Assembly: GCA_963761305.1 (NCBI GenBank) | Contig: CAVXGK010000002.1 | Location: forward strand, 64,001-128,000 | DNA: 64,000 bases | DNA from: an uncultured Gemmatimonadaceae bacterium | GTDB taxonomy: Bacteria; Gemmatimonadota; Gemmatimonadetes; Gemmatimonadales; Gemmatimonadaceae | Direction of reading: 5' to 3' | In this document: piece by piece, positions 9,496 through 18,650 of the stretch | How positions within the stretch are numbered: position 1 is the stretch's first letter | How the letters are laid out: each line of letters opens with the position of its first letter | The notes under the pieces: model-generated | Databases searched by the model: none | Seen by the model: the letters and a program-made list of their open reading frames with translations, nothing else | What the model was told of the DNA's origin: nothing | Made by a program: the position numbers and the translations under genes

Positions 9496-10768
9496 GTCGT
9501 TCGTCGCTCGCCGAGCGGTGGTTGAAACGGTCGGATGGCCGGCGCTGGTCGCGCTCCTCTGCGCGGCCGCGTGCAGTGAAACTACGACGTCCATCCGCCG
9601 ATTTCCGGTGCTCGACGACGTCGGCTCGAGCGATTGGGTCACGGTCACCGTCGGCGGCGACCATTCGTGCGGCATCAAGACCGACGGCAGCGCGTACTGC
9701 TGGGGAAGCAACGAATACGGCCAACTCGGCGTCGCGCAGGGCGACACGATCTGCGGATCGCTGAGCAACGCGTATCCGTGTGCGACCACGCCGCAGCTCG
9801 TCCAGGCGGGGCTCCAGTTCGCGTCGATCAGCGCGGGCCAACGCCACACGTGCGCCATCACCCGCTCGAACGAAGCGTATTGTTGGGGATCGAACGACGC
9901 GGGACAGGTGAGTGATTTCGGAGCGGGTGGTCCGACCCTCATGAAAGTCCCCAGCTCGCTCCCGTGGACTCAGATCACCGCAGGGTTCTCGCACACGTGC
10001 GCCGTGCGGTCCGACGGGGTGCTCGTGTGTTGGGGCTCGAACGACCGCGGCGAGTTGGGAAACGGAAATCTCTTTCCCGGAACGACGCGAGCGAGCATCG
10101 CGTCTCCCGTCGCGGCGGCGAGCGCCGGACAATCGCGCACCTGCGCGCGCACGACGACGGGCGTCGTGTACTGCTGGGGCGCGATCTGGACCGAGCGAAG
10201 CGGAGGGCTCGAGCTCTCACGAACGCAATTGACCCCGCAGCTCGTGCCGAGCGCGCCGGCGATGGCGTGGTTGAGCGTCGGTTCGTTCAGCACGTGCGGC
10301 GCCGACATTTCGGGTTTCGCGTATTGCTGGGAGGCGAATCCGCGCGGCGAGATGGGCACCGGGACGCAGAACGGCAGCACGACGCCCGCGCGGGTGGCGA
10401 GCGACCTCGAATTCGTGCAACTGAGCGCCGGCATCGTGCAGACGTGCGGCATCGACATCACCGGGACGGGCTACTGTTGGGGCGACGACAGCTTCGGCCA
10501 GTTGGGGCTCTCGCCGTCGGTGCTCATCGAACGGTGCGGGGGACAGATACTTCCGTGCGCGACGAAGCCGGTCGGCGTGGTGGGGCGGCAGAAGTTCGTG
10601 GAGATCGCCACCGGATTCGGCAGTCATTCGTGCGGCGTGACGAGCCGCGGCAATCTCTATTGCTGGGGACTTGGCCTCTCGGGCCAGCGGGGTGATGGAA
10701 CCGAGGTGGGAGCCGTGGCGACGCCGGCACTTGTGGTCGAGCCCGCTCGTCTGGTGAACTCGAAGTAG
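9494..10768 (+). CDS. RCC1-repeat beta-propeller lipoprotein
   Basis: Lipobox AAAC; repeated HxC...G.AYCWGxNxxGQLG units; start 9494 or GTG 9518. Confidence 0.85.
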   Translation: MSFVARRAVVETVGWPALVALLCAAACSETTTSIRRFPVLDDVGSSDWVTVTVGGDHSCGIKTDGSAYCWGSNEYGQLGVAQGDTICGSLSNAYPCATTPQLVQAGLQFASISAGQRHTCAITRSNEAYCWGSNDAGQVSDFGAGGPTLMKVPSSLPWTQITAGFSHTCAVRSDGVLVCWGSNDRGELGNGNLFPGTTRASIASPVAAASAGQSRTCARTTTGVVYCWGAIWTERSGGLELSRTQLTPQLVPSAPAMAWLSVGSFSTCGADISGFAYCWEANPRGEMGTGTQNGSTTPARVASDLEFVQLSAGIVQTCGIDITGTGYCWGDDSFGQLGLSPSVLIERCGGQILPCATKPVGVVGRQKFVEIATGFGSHSCGVTSRGNLYCWGLGLSGQRGDGTEVGAVATPALVVEPARLVNSK

Positions 10769-10770
10769 AC

Positions 10771-10817
10771 GGGTGGACGGGTGGATGGTGAAGGGGTGGA
10801 CGGGTGAACGGGTGGAT
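10771..10817 (+). repeat. Imperfect octamer tandem array (GGGTGGAC)n
   Basis: gggtggac gggtggat ggtgaa ggggtggac gggtgaac gggtggat directly after the RCC1 stop. Confidence 0.7.
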
Positions 10818-10953
10818 GTGACGCAGGTCAACATCCGTTGAACGCGGGCCGATACTCGGAATTACATTGTTCGTTCGCGCTCGGTCGCCGCAGTTCCTCC
10901 CGGACTCGTCGCGCCGTAGTTCCTACCGCAGGCCTCTGTCCCTCCCCAGCATC

Positions 10954-11088
10954 ATGAATTTCGACCGTCGGTTCATTCAGCGCGCGTTGCTCGCGTTCAC
11001 CACGGGGTTGTTTCTGGCGTGCGCGGCGCGCGTGTCCGCGGGCGATGCGGCGAGAATGTCAGGCGACGCTCCGGCGATCGTTCGCTAG
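10954..11088 (+). CDS. Possible small secreted peptide
   Basis: MNFDRRFIQRALLAFTTGLFLAC..., 44 aa, signal-peptide-like. Confidence 0.3.
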   Translation: MNFDRRFIQRALLAFTTGLFLACAARVSAGDAARMSGDAPAIVR

Positions 11089-11094
11089 TCCGAG

Positions 11095-11757
11095 CTACAG
11101 AGGTCGCCGCGATTTCCAGAGGCGATAGCCGCCGGTGAACGCGTTGGCGTTGTTGCCGCGGCGCGCACCCTTGGGCAGTCGCTTCACGTGCCGGACGTTT
11201 CCCCCGCCGAGCACGACGTAATCGACGAGGAACGCGGCCGAAAGCAGCTCGACGACTTGGTCGACGTGCTTGCGCCAGCGATGTTTGCCGAGTCGCTGAA
11301 ACCCCGCTTCGCCGATCACCTGCTCGTACGTTTGTCCGCGCTCATAGGGGAGATGCGCGAGCTCGAGCGGGATCAGGACGCCGTCGTGGATGAGTGTCGA
11401 ACCGAGTCCGGTTCCCAAACCGAGAAAGAGCATCCGGCCGCCCTCGTAACTGCCGAGCGCCTGCATCGCGGCGTCGTTGACGAGTCGCACCGGCTTTCCG
11501 AACGCCCTCGCAAAATCGAATCGAACCCAACCCGCTCCGAGATTCCACGGGTCCTCGACCGGTTTGCCGTTGCGCACCGGCCCGGGGTATCCGATCGAGA
11601 CGCGGTCGTATTTCCATTCCGCCGTCGCCTCGCGCACGTCGCGCACCATCTGCCGCGGCGTGAACTTGGGGCCGGACGCGATCTTGACCGGCGCACGGTG
11701 GCCGGTCGCGAGCAGTTTGACGTGCGTGCCGCCGACGTCGACCACCAGAATCTTCAT
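11095..11757 (-). CDS. ROK-family sugar kinase (polyphosphate glucokinase-like)
   Basis: VDVGGT, IGYPG, VNDAAMQALG, GLGTGLGS, ELAH motifs. Confidence 0.85.
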   Translation of the reverse strand: MKILVVDVGGTHVKLLATGHRAPVKIASGPKFTPRQMVRDVREATAEWKYDRVSIGYPGPVRNGKPVEDPWNLGAGWVRFDFARAFGKPVRLVNDAAMQALGSYEGGRMLFLGLGTGLGSTLIHDGVLIPLELAHLPYERGQTYEQVIGEAGFQRLGKHRWRKHVDQVVELLSAAFLVDYVVLGGGNVRHVKRLPKGARRGNNANAFTGGYRLWKSRRPL

Positions 11758-11767
11758 CAACGAATTA

Positions 11768-12325
11768 TCACGGGCTCGGCGGCAATCCCTTACGCTCGCG
11801 GACCGCGGCGACGAAGCGCTTGGCGTCGGCCTCGTTGAAGGTGTTCGACACTTTCTGTTTGTCGACCTTCGTGTTGCCGAACAGGTCGTGATTGCCGCCG
11901 TCGGTCCAGGTGACGCGGATGCGGCCGTCGTCGTACTGAATGTCCTTGATCTCGGAGAGCGGGAAGACGGCGTGCGTGCCGATCGCGCCGGCGACCGACG
12001 ACTTCACGATGCTCGAAATCATCCCACCGAAGCCGCTCGAGTCGCCGTGTGAATCGTTGAGCGAGCCCTTGATCTTGGCCACGGTCTTGGCCGACAGGCC
12101 GGCGAGAATCTTGTCGCCCATCAGGACGACGTCCACGCTGCTGTCGGCGTTGTAGAGCCGCAAGTCGCCCGGGCCGAGGCTGTCCGGGGGCATCTGCGTC
12201 TCGACGCGAACGTGGCTGCTGCTGGGGGCGCGGAGGCGATGCTTGATCCAGACGATCGCGAGCGCGCAGGCGAAGATCACGAGCCCGAATGACACCAGGC
12301 TTCCGATGACGCGGCGAGAGTTCAT
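11768..12325 (-). CDS. Hypothetical membrane-anchored protein
   Basis: N-terminal TM helix, coding-like ORF co-oriented between neighbours. Confidence 0.7.
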   Translation of the reverse strand: MNSRRVIGSLVSFGLVIFACALAIVWIKHRLRAPSSSHVRVETQMPPDSLGPGDLRLYNADSSVDVVLMGDKILAGLSAKTVAKIKGSLNDSHGDSSGFGGMISSIVKSSVAGAIGTHAVFPLSEIKDIQYDDGRIRVTWTDGGNHDLFGNTKVDKQKVSNTFNEADAKRFVAAVRERKGLPPSP

Positions 12326-12359
12326 GATCGGTTCCCGTCGAAGGTGGTCACGAGACTGC

Positions 12360-14279
12360 TCATCGCGGACCCGACACGACCGGCAGCTCGACGAAGCTTA
12401 CGTGTCCCGGCTCGTGGAAGATTCGGTGCTCGGCCGATTTATAGTCGCTCGCCTTGGCCCAGAAAATGTTCGGCACGAAGGTCTGCGGGTTGCGGTCGTA
12501 GAGCGGAAACCAGCTCGACTGAATCTGCACCATGATCCGGTGCCCCGGCAGAAACACATGATTGGCCGTGGGCAGCGCGAACGTGTAGGCGAGCGGCGTG
12601 TTCGACGCGATCGGTTTGGGATTGTCGAAGCCCTCGCGATACCGTCCACGGAGGATGTCCATCGCCACCGCGAGCTGATAGCCGCCCATCTTCGCGTCGC
12701 CGCCGACTTCGTCGGGGTAGACGTCGATGAGCTTGACGACCCAATCGGCGTCGCTGCCGGTGGTCGAGGCGACGAGATGCGCCACGGCCTGCCCGCTGAT
12801 CTTCATCGGTTCGGTGAGGACGGGCGTCTCGTACGAAAGGACATCGGTGCGCCCCGAGAACTCGCGTTGGTCGTCGACCAGCCAGCACGGCCAGGTCGCG
12901 CACGTGTCGTAGCCGGTCGGCTTGATCGGCCGCGCGCGGAAGGGAACCGGTTTGGCCGGATCAGAGATGTATGAATCGTGGCCGGCGGCGGCGGGCGGAG
13001 AAAAGCCAGCCACGAAATCCGGGCCGAGATAGAGCGGCGTCAGCTTGATCGTGCAGCCGCTGGCGCAGCCGCTGGGCCACGCGCTCAGTCGCTCCCAGTG
13101 ATTGGTGCCCGTCTCGTACGCGTTGACCGGCGCCACGTCCATCGGCGGGTGTTCGTCCTTGAGGTAGTGCGCGAGAAACGGCGCCAGGATGTTCTTCTGA
13201 AACTCCTTCGACGTGTTGGCATCGAAGTCGAGCGCGCCGAGGCTGCTGCCGTTCTCGATCTCCTGGCCGTGGTGCCACGGGCCCATGGTGATGTACACCA
13301 TGTTGTTGTTCACGTCCTTGGGTTTGATCGCCTTGTAGACGGCGATCGCGCCGTAGATGTCTTCCTGGTCCCAGAGGCTGTGCACGAGCATCGTCGGGAC
13401 CTTGATCGGTTGCGCGGCGAGGATCTTGTCCATCGCCTGCAACTGCCACCACGAATCGTAGCTCGGGTGCTGGAGGATCTTGTTCCAGAATCCGACCTGC
13501 TCGAGGCCGTGCTGCTTTCCGAGCTCGCCGGCCGAGACCGACTTGATGTAGAGGTCGTAGTCGTCGTAGTGGTCCGTCCACCACTTCGCCGAATTGTCGC
13601 GCGTCGCTTCCTGCTCGAGGACGTACGGCATGTTCTGCTCGCGGAACGCGCCGTTGTGGAACCAGTCGTCGCCCATCCAGCCGTCGACCATCGGGTTCAT
13701 CGGCACCGAGACCTTGAGCGCCGGATGCGGATTGACGAGTCCCATGAGCGGCTCGAATCCGTCGTACGAAATGCCGAGTTCCCCGACGTTGCCGTTGGTC
13801 TCGGGCACGTTCTTCACGAGCCAGTCGATCGTGTCGTACGTATCGGTGGACTCGTCGACCTTCGTGGAATTGAGCGGGCCGACGAGCGGGCGATTCATCA
13901 CGTAGTCGCCCTCGGATCCGTACTTGCCGCGAATGTCCTGCACGACGCGGATGTACCCGCCGGGGATGATGACGTCGAGCGCGTTGTCGTAGCCGTTCAG
14001 CTCAGGCGCGAGATGCGCGCTCTGGGCGTACGACGTCGTGGCGGTGGCGTCGTAGGGCGTCCGCGTGAAGAGGATCGGCGCGCGGCGGGCGTTTTTCGGG
14101 ACGAGGATGACTGTGTGGAGTTTGACGCCGTCGCGCATGGGGATCATGACGTCGCGGCGTTGATAGTCGAAGGTCGAGGTGCTGGGAGTGAACTTCGATG
14201 GGGTTTCGGTAGGGAGCTGGGCGCCGAGAGAAGCGGCGGCGAGAAGCGTGAGACCGGCGAGGACGCGAGCGAGGTACAC
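12360..14279 (-). CDS. CocE/NonD-family hydrolase (alpha-amino acid ester hydrolase-like)
   Basis: MRDGVKL, RTPY, QDIRGKYGSEG, GISYDG nucleophile, GPWHHG, PepX_C-like C-terminus. Confidence 0.92.
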   Translation of the reverse strand: MYLARVLAGLTLLAAASLGAQLPTETPSKFTPSTSTFDYQRRDVMIPMRDGVKLHTVILVPKNARRAPILFTRTPYDATATTSYAQSAHLAPELNGYDNALDVIIPGGYIRVVQDIRGKYGSEGDYVMNRPLVGPLNSTKVDESTDTYDTIDWLVKNVPETNGNVGELGISYDGFEPLMGLVNPHPALKVSVPMNPMVDGWMGDDWFHNGAFREQNMPYVLEQEATRDNSAKWWTDHYDDYDLYIKSVSAGELGKQHGLEQVGFWNKILQHPSYDSWWQLQAMDKILAAQPIKVPTMLVHSLWDQEDIYGAIAVYKAIKPKDVNNNMVYITMGPWHHGQEIENGSSLGALDFDANTSKEFQKNILAPFLAHYLKDEHPPMDVAPVNAYETGTNHWERLSAWPSGCASGCTIKLTPLYLGPDFVAGFSPPAAAGHDSYISDPAKPVPFRARPIKPTGYDTCATWPCWLVDDQREFSGRTDVLSYETPVLTEPMKISGQAVAHLVASTTGSDADWVVKLIDVYPDEVGGDAKMGGYQLAVAMDILRGRYREGFDNPKPIASNTPLAYTFALPTANHVFLPGHRIMVQIQSSWFPLYDRNPQTFVPNIFWAKASDYKSAEHRIFHEPGHVSFVELPVVSGPR

Positions 14280-14391
14280 GGGGGGCTCGAGGTTTTGGCT
14301 TCCGGTAAGGTCGCGCCGGAAGCGGCGAGTCGAAAGGCGTTGGGTGGCCCGGCCATTCTGGGCACTGGCGCCGGGTTAGGTACGACTTTGG

Positions 14392-14433
14392 GCTCGAAGT
14401 CGGACGTCAGATGTCGGACGTCAGATGTCAGAC
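14392..14433 (+). repeat. Heptamer array (YGTCRGA)x5 preceded by GCTCGA; left inverted arm
   Basis: gctcga agtcgga cgtcaga tgtcgga cgtcaga tgtcaga c. Confidence 0.85.
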
Positions 14434-14509
14434 AATGCGTACCCCGGAAACAGAATCGTGATGGAGCCCCGCCGCCGATGCATATCGTCGCCCCCTAACC
14501 GGAGGACAG

Positions 14510-14853
14510 GTGGGGAACTTCAGGCGACTCGTGGCATGCAGAAGGCGAACGCGTATTCGTTGGCAGTCCACGCGGCGTTTCGAACCATGAGGGCACAGGT
14601 CTCGCCGGGGTTCCCCGCCCAAGTCCTTCGTGCAGTCAGCTCCATTCCCGACAACCTTGCCGAAGGCTGCGCCAAGCGCTCTAGGCGCGAACTCGCGCGC
14701 TACGCCGACACGGCCTATTCGTCCTCGAAGGAAGTCGAGAATCAACTCATTCGGGCACGAGCGCTCGGACTGCTGAGTCGCCAGATGTTCGAGGACCTGA
14801 TGCGCCAGGGAGACGAGGTCTCGCGGCTGTGCTACGCCCTCGCGCTCGGCTGA
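14510..14853 (+). pseudogene. Four-helix-bundle protein (23S rRNA IVS protein family), apparent 1-nt deletion near codon 10
   Basis: GGAGG at 14501, then GTG 14510 reading GNFRRLVA; frame shifts to QKAN...RAVSSIPDNLAEGC..S..E..NQL; an ATG at 14536 would give a 105-aa product. Confidence 0.7.
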
Positions 14854-14875
14854 CCCGCCTGCGGCGACTCCTGCC

Positions 14876-14986
14876 GGGGCGAGCAGGAGGTCTGACGTCT
14901 GACATCTGACATCTGACATCTGACGTCAGACGTCGAGCGAACCACGTGGCTCGCCGGCCAATCGAACTCAGAGTGGCCGACCGCCC
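14876..14986 (+). repeat. Dispersed repeat containing (TCTGACR)x6; right inverted arm
   Basis: caggagg tctgacg tctgaca tctgaca tctgaca tctgacg tcagacg tcgagcgaaccacgtggc...gccggccaatcg...tggccga. Confidence 0.85.
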
Positions 14987-15011
14987 CTCCAACGCCGTCA
15001 GTAGTCCGGCG

Positions 15012-15764
15012 TTAGGGCTGCGGTCTTCCGATATCTCTCAACCGCCCTTTCGCTTCATTGTTCGTCGAATCCCGCCGAATCGCCTCTCGGTACGCCGTCT
15101 CCGCCCCCGCCGTATCCGCCTTCATGAGCAGCACATTCCCCCGAAACACGTACATCCCCGATGAGTTCGGGTAGAACTCTTCGTTCAACCGAAGCATCGC
15201 GAGCGCCTCGTCGAACTTGCTCGCTCGTCCGAGCCGGAACGCCGCGGTGTTCAGTTGGCCTTCGCCAAAATCGTAGGCGCCGCTGCCGTAGTACCGCTGC
15301 CGCAGCGCGCGGTACGCTTTCACACCCGAGTCCGCGCCGCCGGCCGTCGCCGCGGCGATGATCACGGCGGAGAGGGGCATCGGTTTGCTCACTCCGCGGT
15401 GACACGTCGCGCAGGTGACCTGCGGGTCGTCGGGCTGGTGGCCAGGCAATGTGTCGAGCCGGCGATTCGCCTCTTGCACCAGCAGCATCATCTGTCGCGC
15501 GACGAGCTTCGTCCGCTTGTCGTCGCTCACGAAGTTGAACTGCGTGAGCGGCTGGCCTTCCTCGCCGACGTGACAAAACTGGCACCGCACGCCCAGGTCC
15601 GACGTGAAGTTGCGCATCGTGCCGATGACCTGCAGCACGGGCGTCGACTTCGGGATGACCTTGGTGTTGACCAGCGAATCCGGCGGAAACTTCGCCGGTG
15701 CCTGGGCAAGCAGCTGCGAGGCCGCCAGCGTGATCACCGGAATCGTCAACATCGAGACGCGCAT
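15012..15764 (-). CDS. Diheme c-type cytochrome with C-terminal TPR
   Basis: Signal peptide; CQFCH and CATCH heme motifs; TPR-like C-terminal helices; alternative start 15800. Confidence 0.85.
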   Translation of the reverse strand: MRVSMLTIPVITLAASQLLAQAPAKFPPDSLVNTKVIPKSTPVLQVIGTMRNFTSDLGVRCQFCHVGEEGQPLTQFNFVSDDKRTKLVARQMMLLVQEANRRLDTLPGHQPDDPQVTCATCHRGVSKPMPLSAVIIAAATAGGADSGVKAYRALRQRYYGSGAYDFGEGQLNTAAFRLGRASKFDEALAMLRLNEEFYPNSSGMYVFRGNVLLMKADTAGAETAYREAIRRDSTNNEAKGRLRDIGRPQP

Positions 15765-15898
15765 CGTTCGCCCCGCGTATGGAGTGCGAAACGATATCAT
15801 GCGCGGCGCGCCGCAACTGTAAGAGTGTTGTTCGGTGCGAGACAGCCGATCGACGAACTCCAGTTCGGGGTTATCGCCAATGAAGCGACGAACCCGGT

Positions 15899-16004
15899 CG
15901 GGCGACCAGGAGGTCTGACGTCCGATTCTGTCTGACGTCAGCCGTCAGTCGTCGAGCGAACCACGTGGCCAGCCGGCCAATCGGACCTGGAATGGCCGAC
16001 GCCC
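15899..16004 (+). repeat. Second direct copy of the 14876-14986 dispersed repeat
   Basis: caggagg tctgacg tccgattctg tctgacg tcagccg tcagtcg tcgagcgaaccacgtggc cagccggccaatcg gacctg gaatggccga. Confidence 0.85.
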
Positions 16005-16013
16005 ATCGCGCAC

Positions 16014-18650
16014 TCACGACTCTCGGAGTGCCGCCATCGGTGTTTCCGCGAATACGTCGCGCCCCGTGAGCAACCCGATCGCCACGGCGAGTCCGATCAT
16101 CGCCGTCGCGACGAGTGTCGCCGCCCCGAACGCCGGCAGGAACGACATTCGGAAGATCACGCGCATCAGTCCCCACGCGGCCAGTGTCGAGAGCAGCACG
16201 CCGGTCAACGCGCCGAGTGTGCCGAGCAGCGCGTACTCGGCGAGCATGATGCGCACGATCTGATTTCGCGTTGCGCCCAGCGTCTTGAGGAGGACGCCCT
16301 CGCGCAACCGGTCGCGGCGCGTCGCCGCGACGGCGCTGAAGAGCACCGGGATCGCGAGGCCGAGGCTGATCAGCGCGAGGAACCGCACGGCCATCGTGAC
16401 CTTTCCGAGCACGCTCGCAACGGTGCGCTGAACGAGCGTGAGGTCGAGGCTCGAGATGCTCGGGAAGCGCGAGACCACGTCGCGTTGCAAGTGCGCGATG
16501 GCCGTCGGCGTGGACGCGTGCACGAGAATCGCGAACTGCTTCGGTGCGGCGGCGAGCGACTTGGGGTCGAACACCGCGAAGAAGTTCGGCGCGAACGTCT
16601 GCCACTGCACCGCTCGGAGGCTCGTGACGAGCGTCGGAATCAGAACGCCCTGCACGTTCCAGGTGATCGTGTCGCGCAGGCCGACGCCCAATTCCGCGGC
16701 GAGGCTCGAGTCGAGTGACACCTCGCCGAGATCGCCGGTGTTCGACGCGCCGAACCACTTGCCCGACACGAGACGCTCGGACGCGGTGAGCGAGTCGCGA
16801 AACGTCGAGCGGAATTCGCGGCGAAACGCCCACGGTCCTCGGCGGTCGCGCACGATTCCGCCGCGTCCCGCGCGGCCCCTTCCGTCGCGTCCGCCTTGGC
16901 CGCCGGCGACCCGCGCCGAATCGCGTGTGCGGCGTTCCTTGTCGATCTCCTCGGCGATGGCGGCGGCCGACTTCCCGTTGATGGATGCGATGCGCATCGC
17001 GATGATCGGCGTCTCGTCGATCAGCTCTTCGTGCGCGGCGTGAATCACGGAATCGATTCCCGCCTGCTGATTCTCCTGCACGTCGAAGAACACGACGTTG
17101 GCGCGCGCTTCGCCGATGCGCAGGCCGAGCGAGCGGAGGATGTTGTACTGCACCTGGTACAGCGTGCCCATGAGAAACACGCCGAAGCCGAGCGCGAGCA
17201 CGACGGCGCGCGTCTGATTGCCGGGGCGGTACAGACTCGCGATTCCCTGTCGCAGCGGGAAGGGCCACGACGGTCGAATCAATCGTCGCGCGGCCCACGA
17301 CAGCCCCGCGGCGCTCAACCAGAGAATTCCAATCGCGCCCGCGATGGCGAACGTGAAGCCGACGCCTCGGCGCGGCGTGTTCGCGCGGCTCAGGCCGAGC
17401 GCCAGCACGCTGGCGGCGATGGCGAGCGACAAGGCGATGCGGAGCGGATCCCACCGCGCGCGTCGCAGCGCGTCGGCATCCGGCTCGCGTCGCAACGCCT
17501 GCAACGGCGACACTCGGCGGAGCGCGACGAGCGGACGCAGCGCGAAGAGCAGTGCGACCCACACGCCGATCGCCAGCCCGAGAAGAATCGGGCGCGGCGC
17601 GAGATGCAGATCGACGTCGACCGGCAGGAAGTCGTGCAGCACCAGCGGCATGGCGAACTGAATGACGAGTCCGAACAGCACGCCCGCCGCCGCGCCGACG
17701 AAACCCATCACGCCGGCCTGCATCCCGTAGATCGCCAGCACCTGCCAACTCGTCGCGCCGACGCAGCGGAGGATCGCCACGGGATCGATCTTGCTCATCA
17801 CGAAGGCGTGCACGCCGCTCGCGACGCCGATGCCGCCGAGGAGGAGCGCGATGAGTCCAACGATGGCGAGATAGTCGTGCAGCTGATCGATCGCGCTGGC
17901 GAGCCGTGATTCATTGTAGCCCGCGCTCTCCACCGATCCGTTGCCGGCCGACAACCGCTTGCCGAACGTCTTGATGAACGCATCGCTCGTCAGACTCGCC
18001 GGAAGCCTGAACAGCGTTTCGTAGTCGGCGCGGCTGCCGAACACGACGAGGCCCGTCGCGGGCACGTATCGCTCGGGGATGTAGACGCGCGGCCCGATCG
18101 CCGCCGAGATGCCGACGTCGCCCGGCACGCTCACCAACGTTCCCGTGATGAGGAACTTCGCCCTGCCCAGCGTGAGCGTATCGCCAACACGCGCGTCGAG
18201 GGATACCAGGAGCGCGGGATCGACCACCGCATTCGGGCCGGTCGTGATCTGACTCCACGCGGCCGCCGGGTCGCTCACGATGCTGCCGTAGAACGGATAC
18301 CCGGCGCTCACCGCGTGTACCTGCACCAGCCGCGTGCCGCCGCTGCGTGGCACGAGCGCCATGGAGTTGAAGCCGGTCGACGTGACGTTGGCGATGCCGG
18401 CGCGGGCGAGCGAGTCGGCGAGCGAATCGATCGCCGGTGGGCGGGGTGAATTGCGCCGTGCCGCGACGTCGCCGCCGAGGAGCGCGCGCGACTGCTCGTG
18501 TACGGAGCGAATCGTGTTCTCGGAGAACGAGTCGATCGCGACGAGCGCCGCGACGCCCAGCGAGATCGACGACATGTAGAGCAGCAATCGACGACGCGCC
18601 GTGCGGCTCTCGCGCCAGGCGAGCGCGAGGAGTTGTCGCGTCGCGGCCAT
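16014..18650 (-). CDS. ybbP: ABC transporter permease, YbbP/FtsX family
   Basis: LAWRESR N-terminus, LLGGD, two FtsX-like TM blocks, GYPFYG; coupled to the ATPase. Confidence 0.85.
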   Translation of the reverse strand: MAATRQLLALAWRESRTARRRLLLYMSSISLGVAALVAIDSFSENTIRSVHEQSRALLGGDVAARRNSPRPPAIDSLADSLARAGIANVTSTGFNSMALVPRSGGTRLVQVHAVSAGYPFYGSIVSDPAAAWSQITTGPNAVVDPALLVSLDARVGDTLTLGRAKFLITGTLVSVPGDVGISAAIGPRVYIPERYVPATGLVVFGSRADYETLFRLPASLTSDAFIKTFGKRLSAGNGSVESAGYNESRLASAIDQLHDYLAIVGLIALLLGGIGVASGVHAFVMSKIDPVAILRCVGATSWQVLAIYGMQAGVMGFVGAAAGVLFGLVIQFAMPLVLHDFLPVDVDLHLAPRPILLGLAIGVWVALLFALRPLVALRRVSPLQALRREPDADALRRARWDPLRIALSLAIAASVLALGLSRANTPRRGVGFTFAIAGAIGILWLSAAGLSWAARRLIRPSWPFPLRQGIASLYRPGNQTRAVVLALGFGVFLMGTLYQVQYNILRSLGLRIGEARANVVFFDVQENQQAGIDSVIHAAHEELIDETPIIAMRIASINGKSAAAIAEEIDKERRTRDSARVAGGQGGRDGRGRAGRGGIVRDRRGPWAFRREFRSTFRDSLTASERLVSGKWFGASNTGDLGEVSLDSSLAAELGVGLRDTITWNVQGVLIPTLVTSLRAVQWQTFAPNFFAVFDPKSLAAAPKQFAILVHASTPTAIAHLQRDVVSRFPSISSLDLTLVQRTVASVLGKVTMAVRFLALISLGLAIPVLFSAVAATRRDRLREGVLLKTLGATRNQIVRIMLAEYALLGTLGALTGVLLSTLAAWGLMRVIFRMSFLPAFGAATLVATAMIGLAVAIGLLTGRDVFAETPMAALRES

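Noticed and set aside
15012..15764. Cytochrome resembling a photosynthetic reaction-centre cytochrome subunit
   Set aside because: Only two heme motifs plus TPR, and no puf/bch genes nearby; not evidence of phototrophy
14392..15960. Heptamer arrays as a possible CRISPR array or DGR
   Set aside because: No unique spacers, cas genes, reverse transcriptase or TR/VR pair seen
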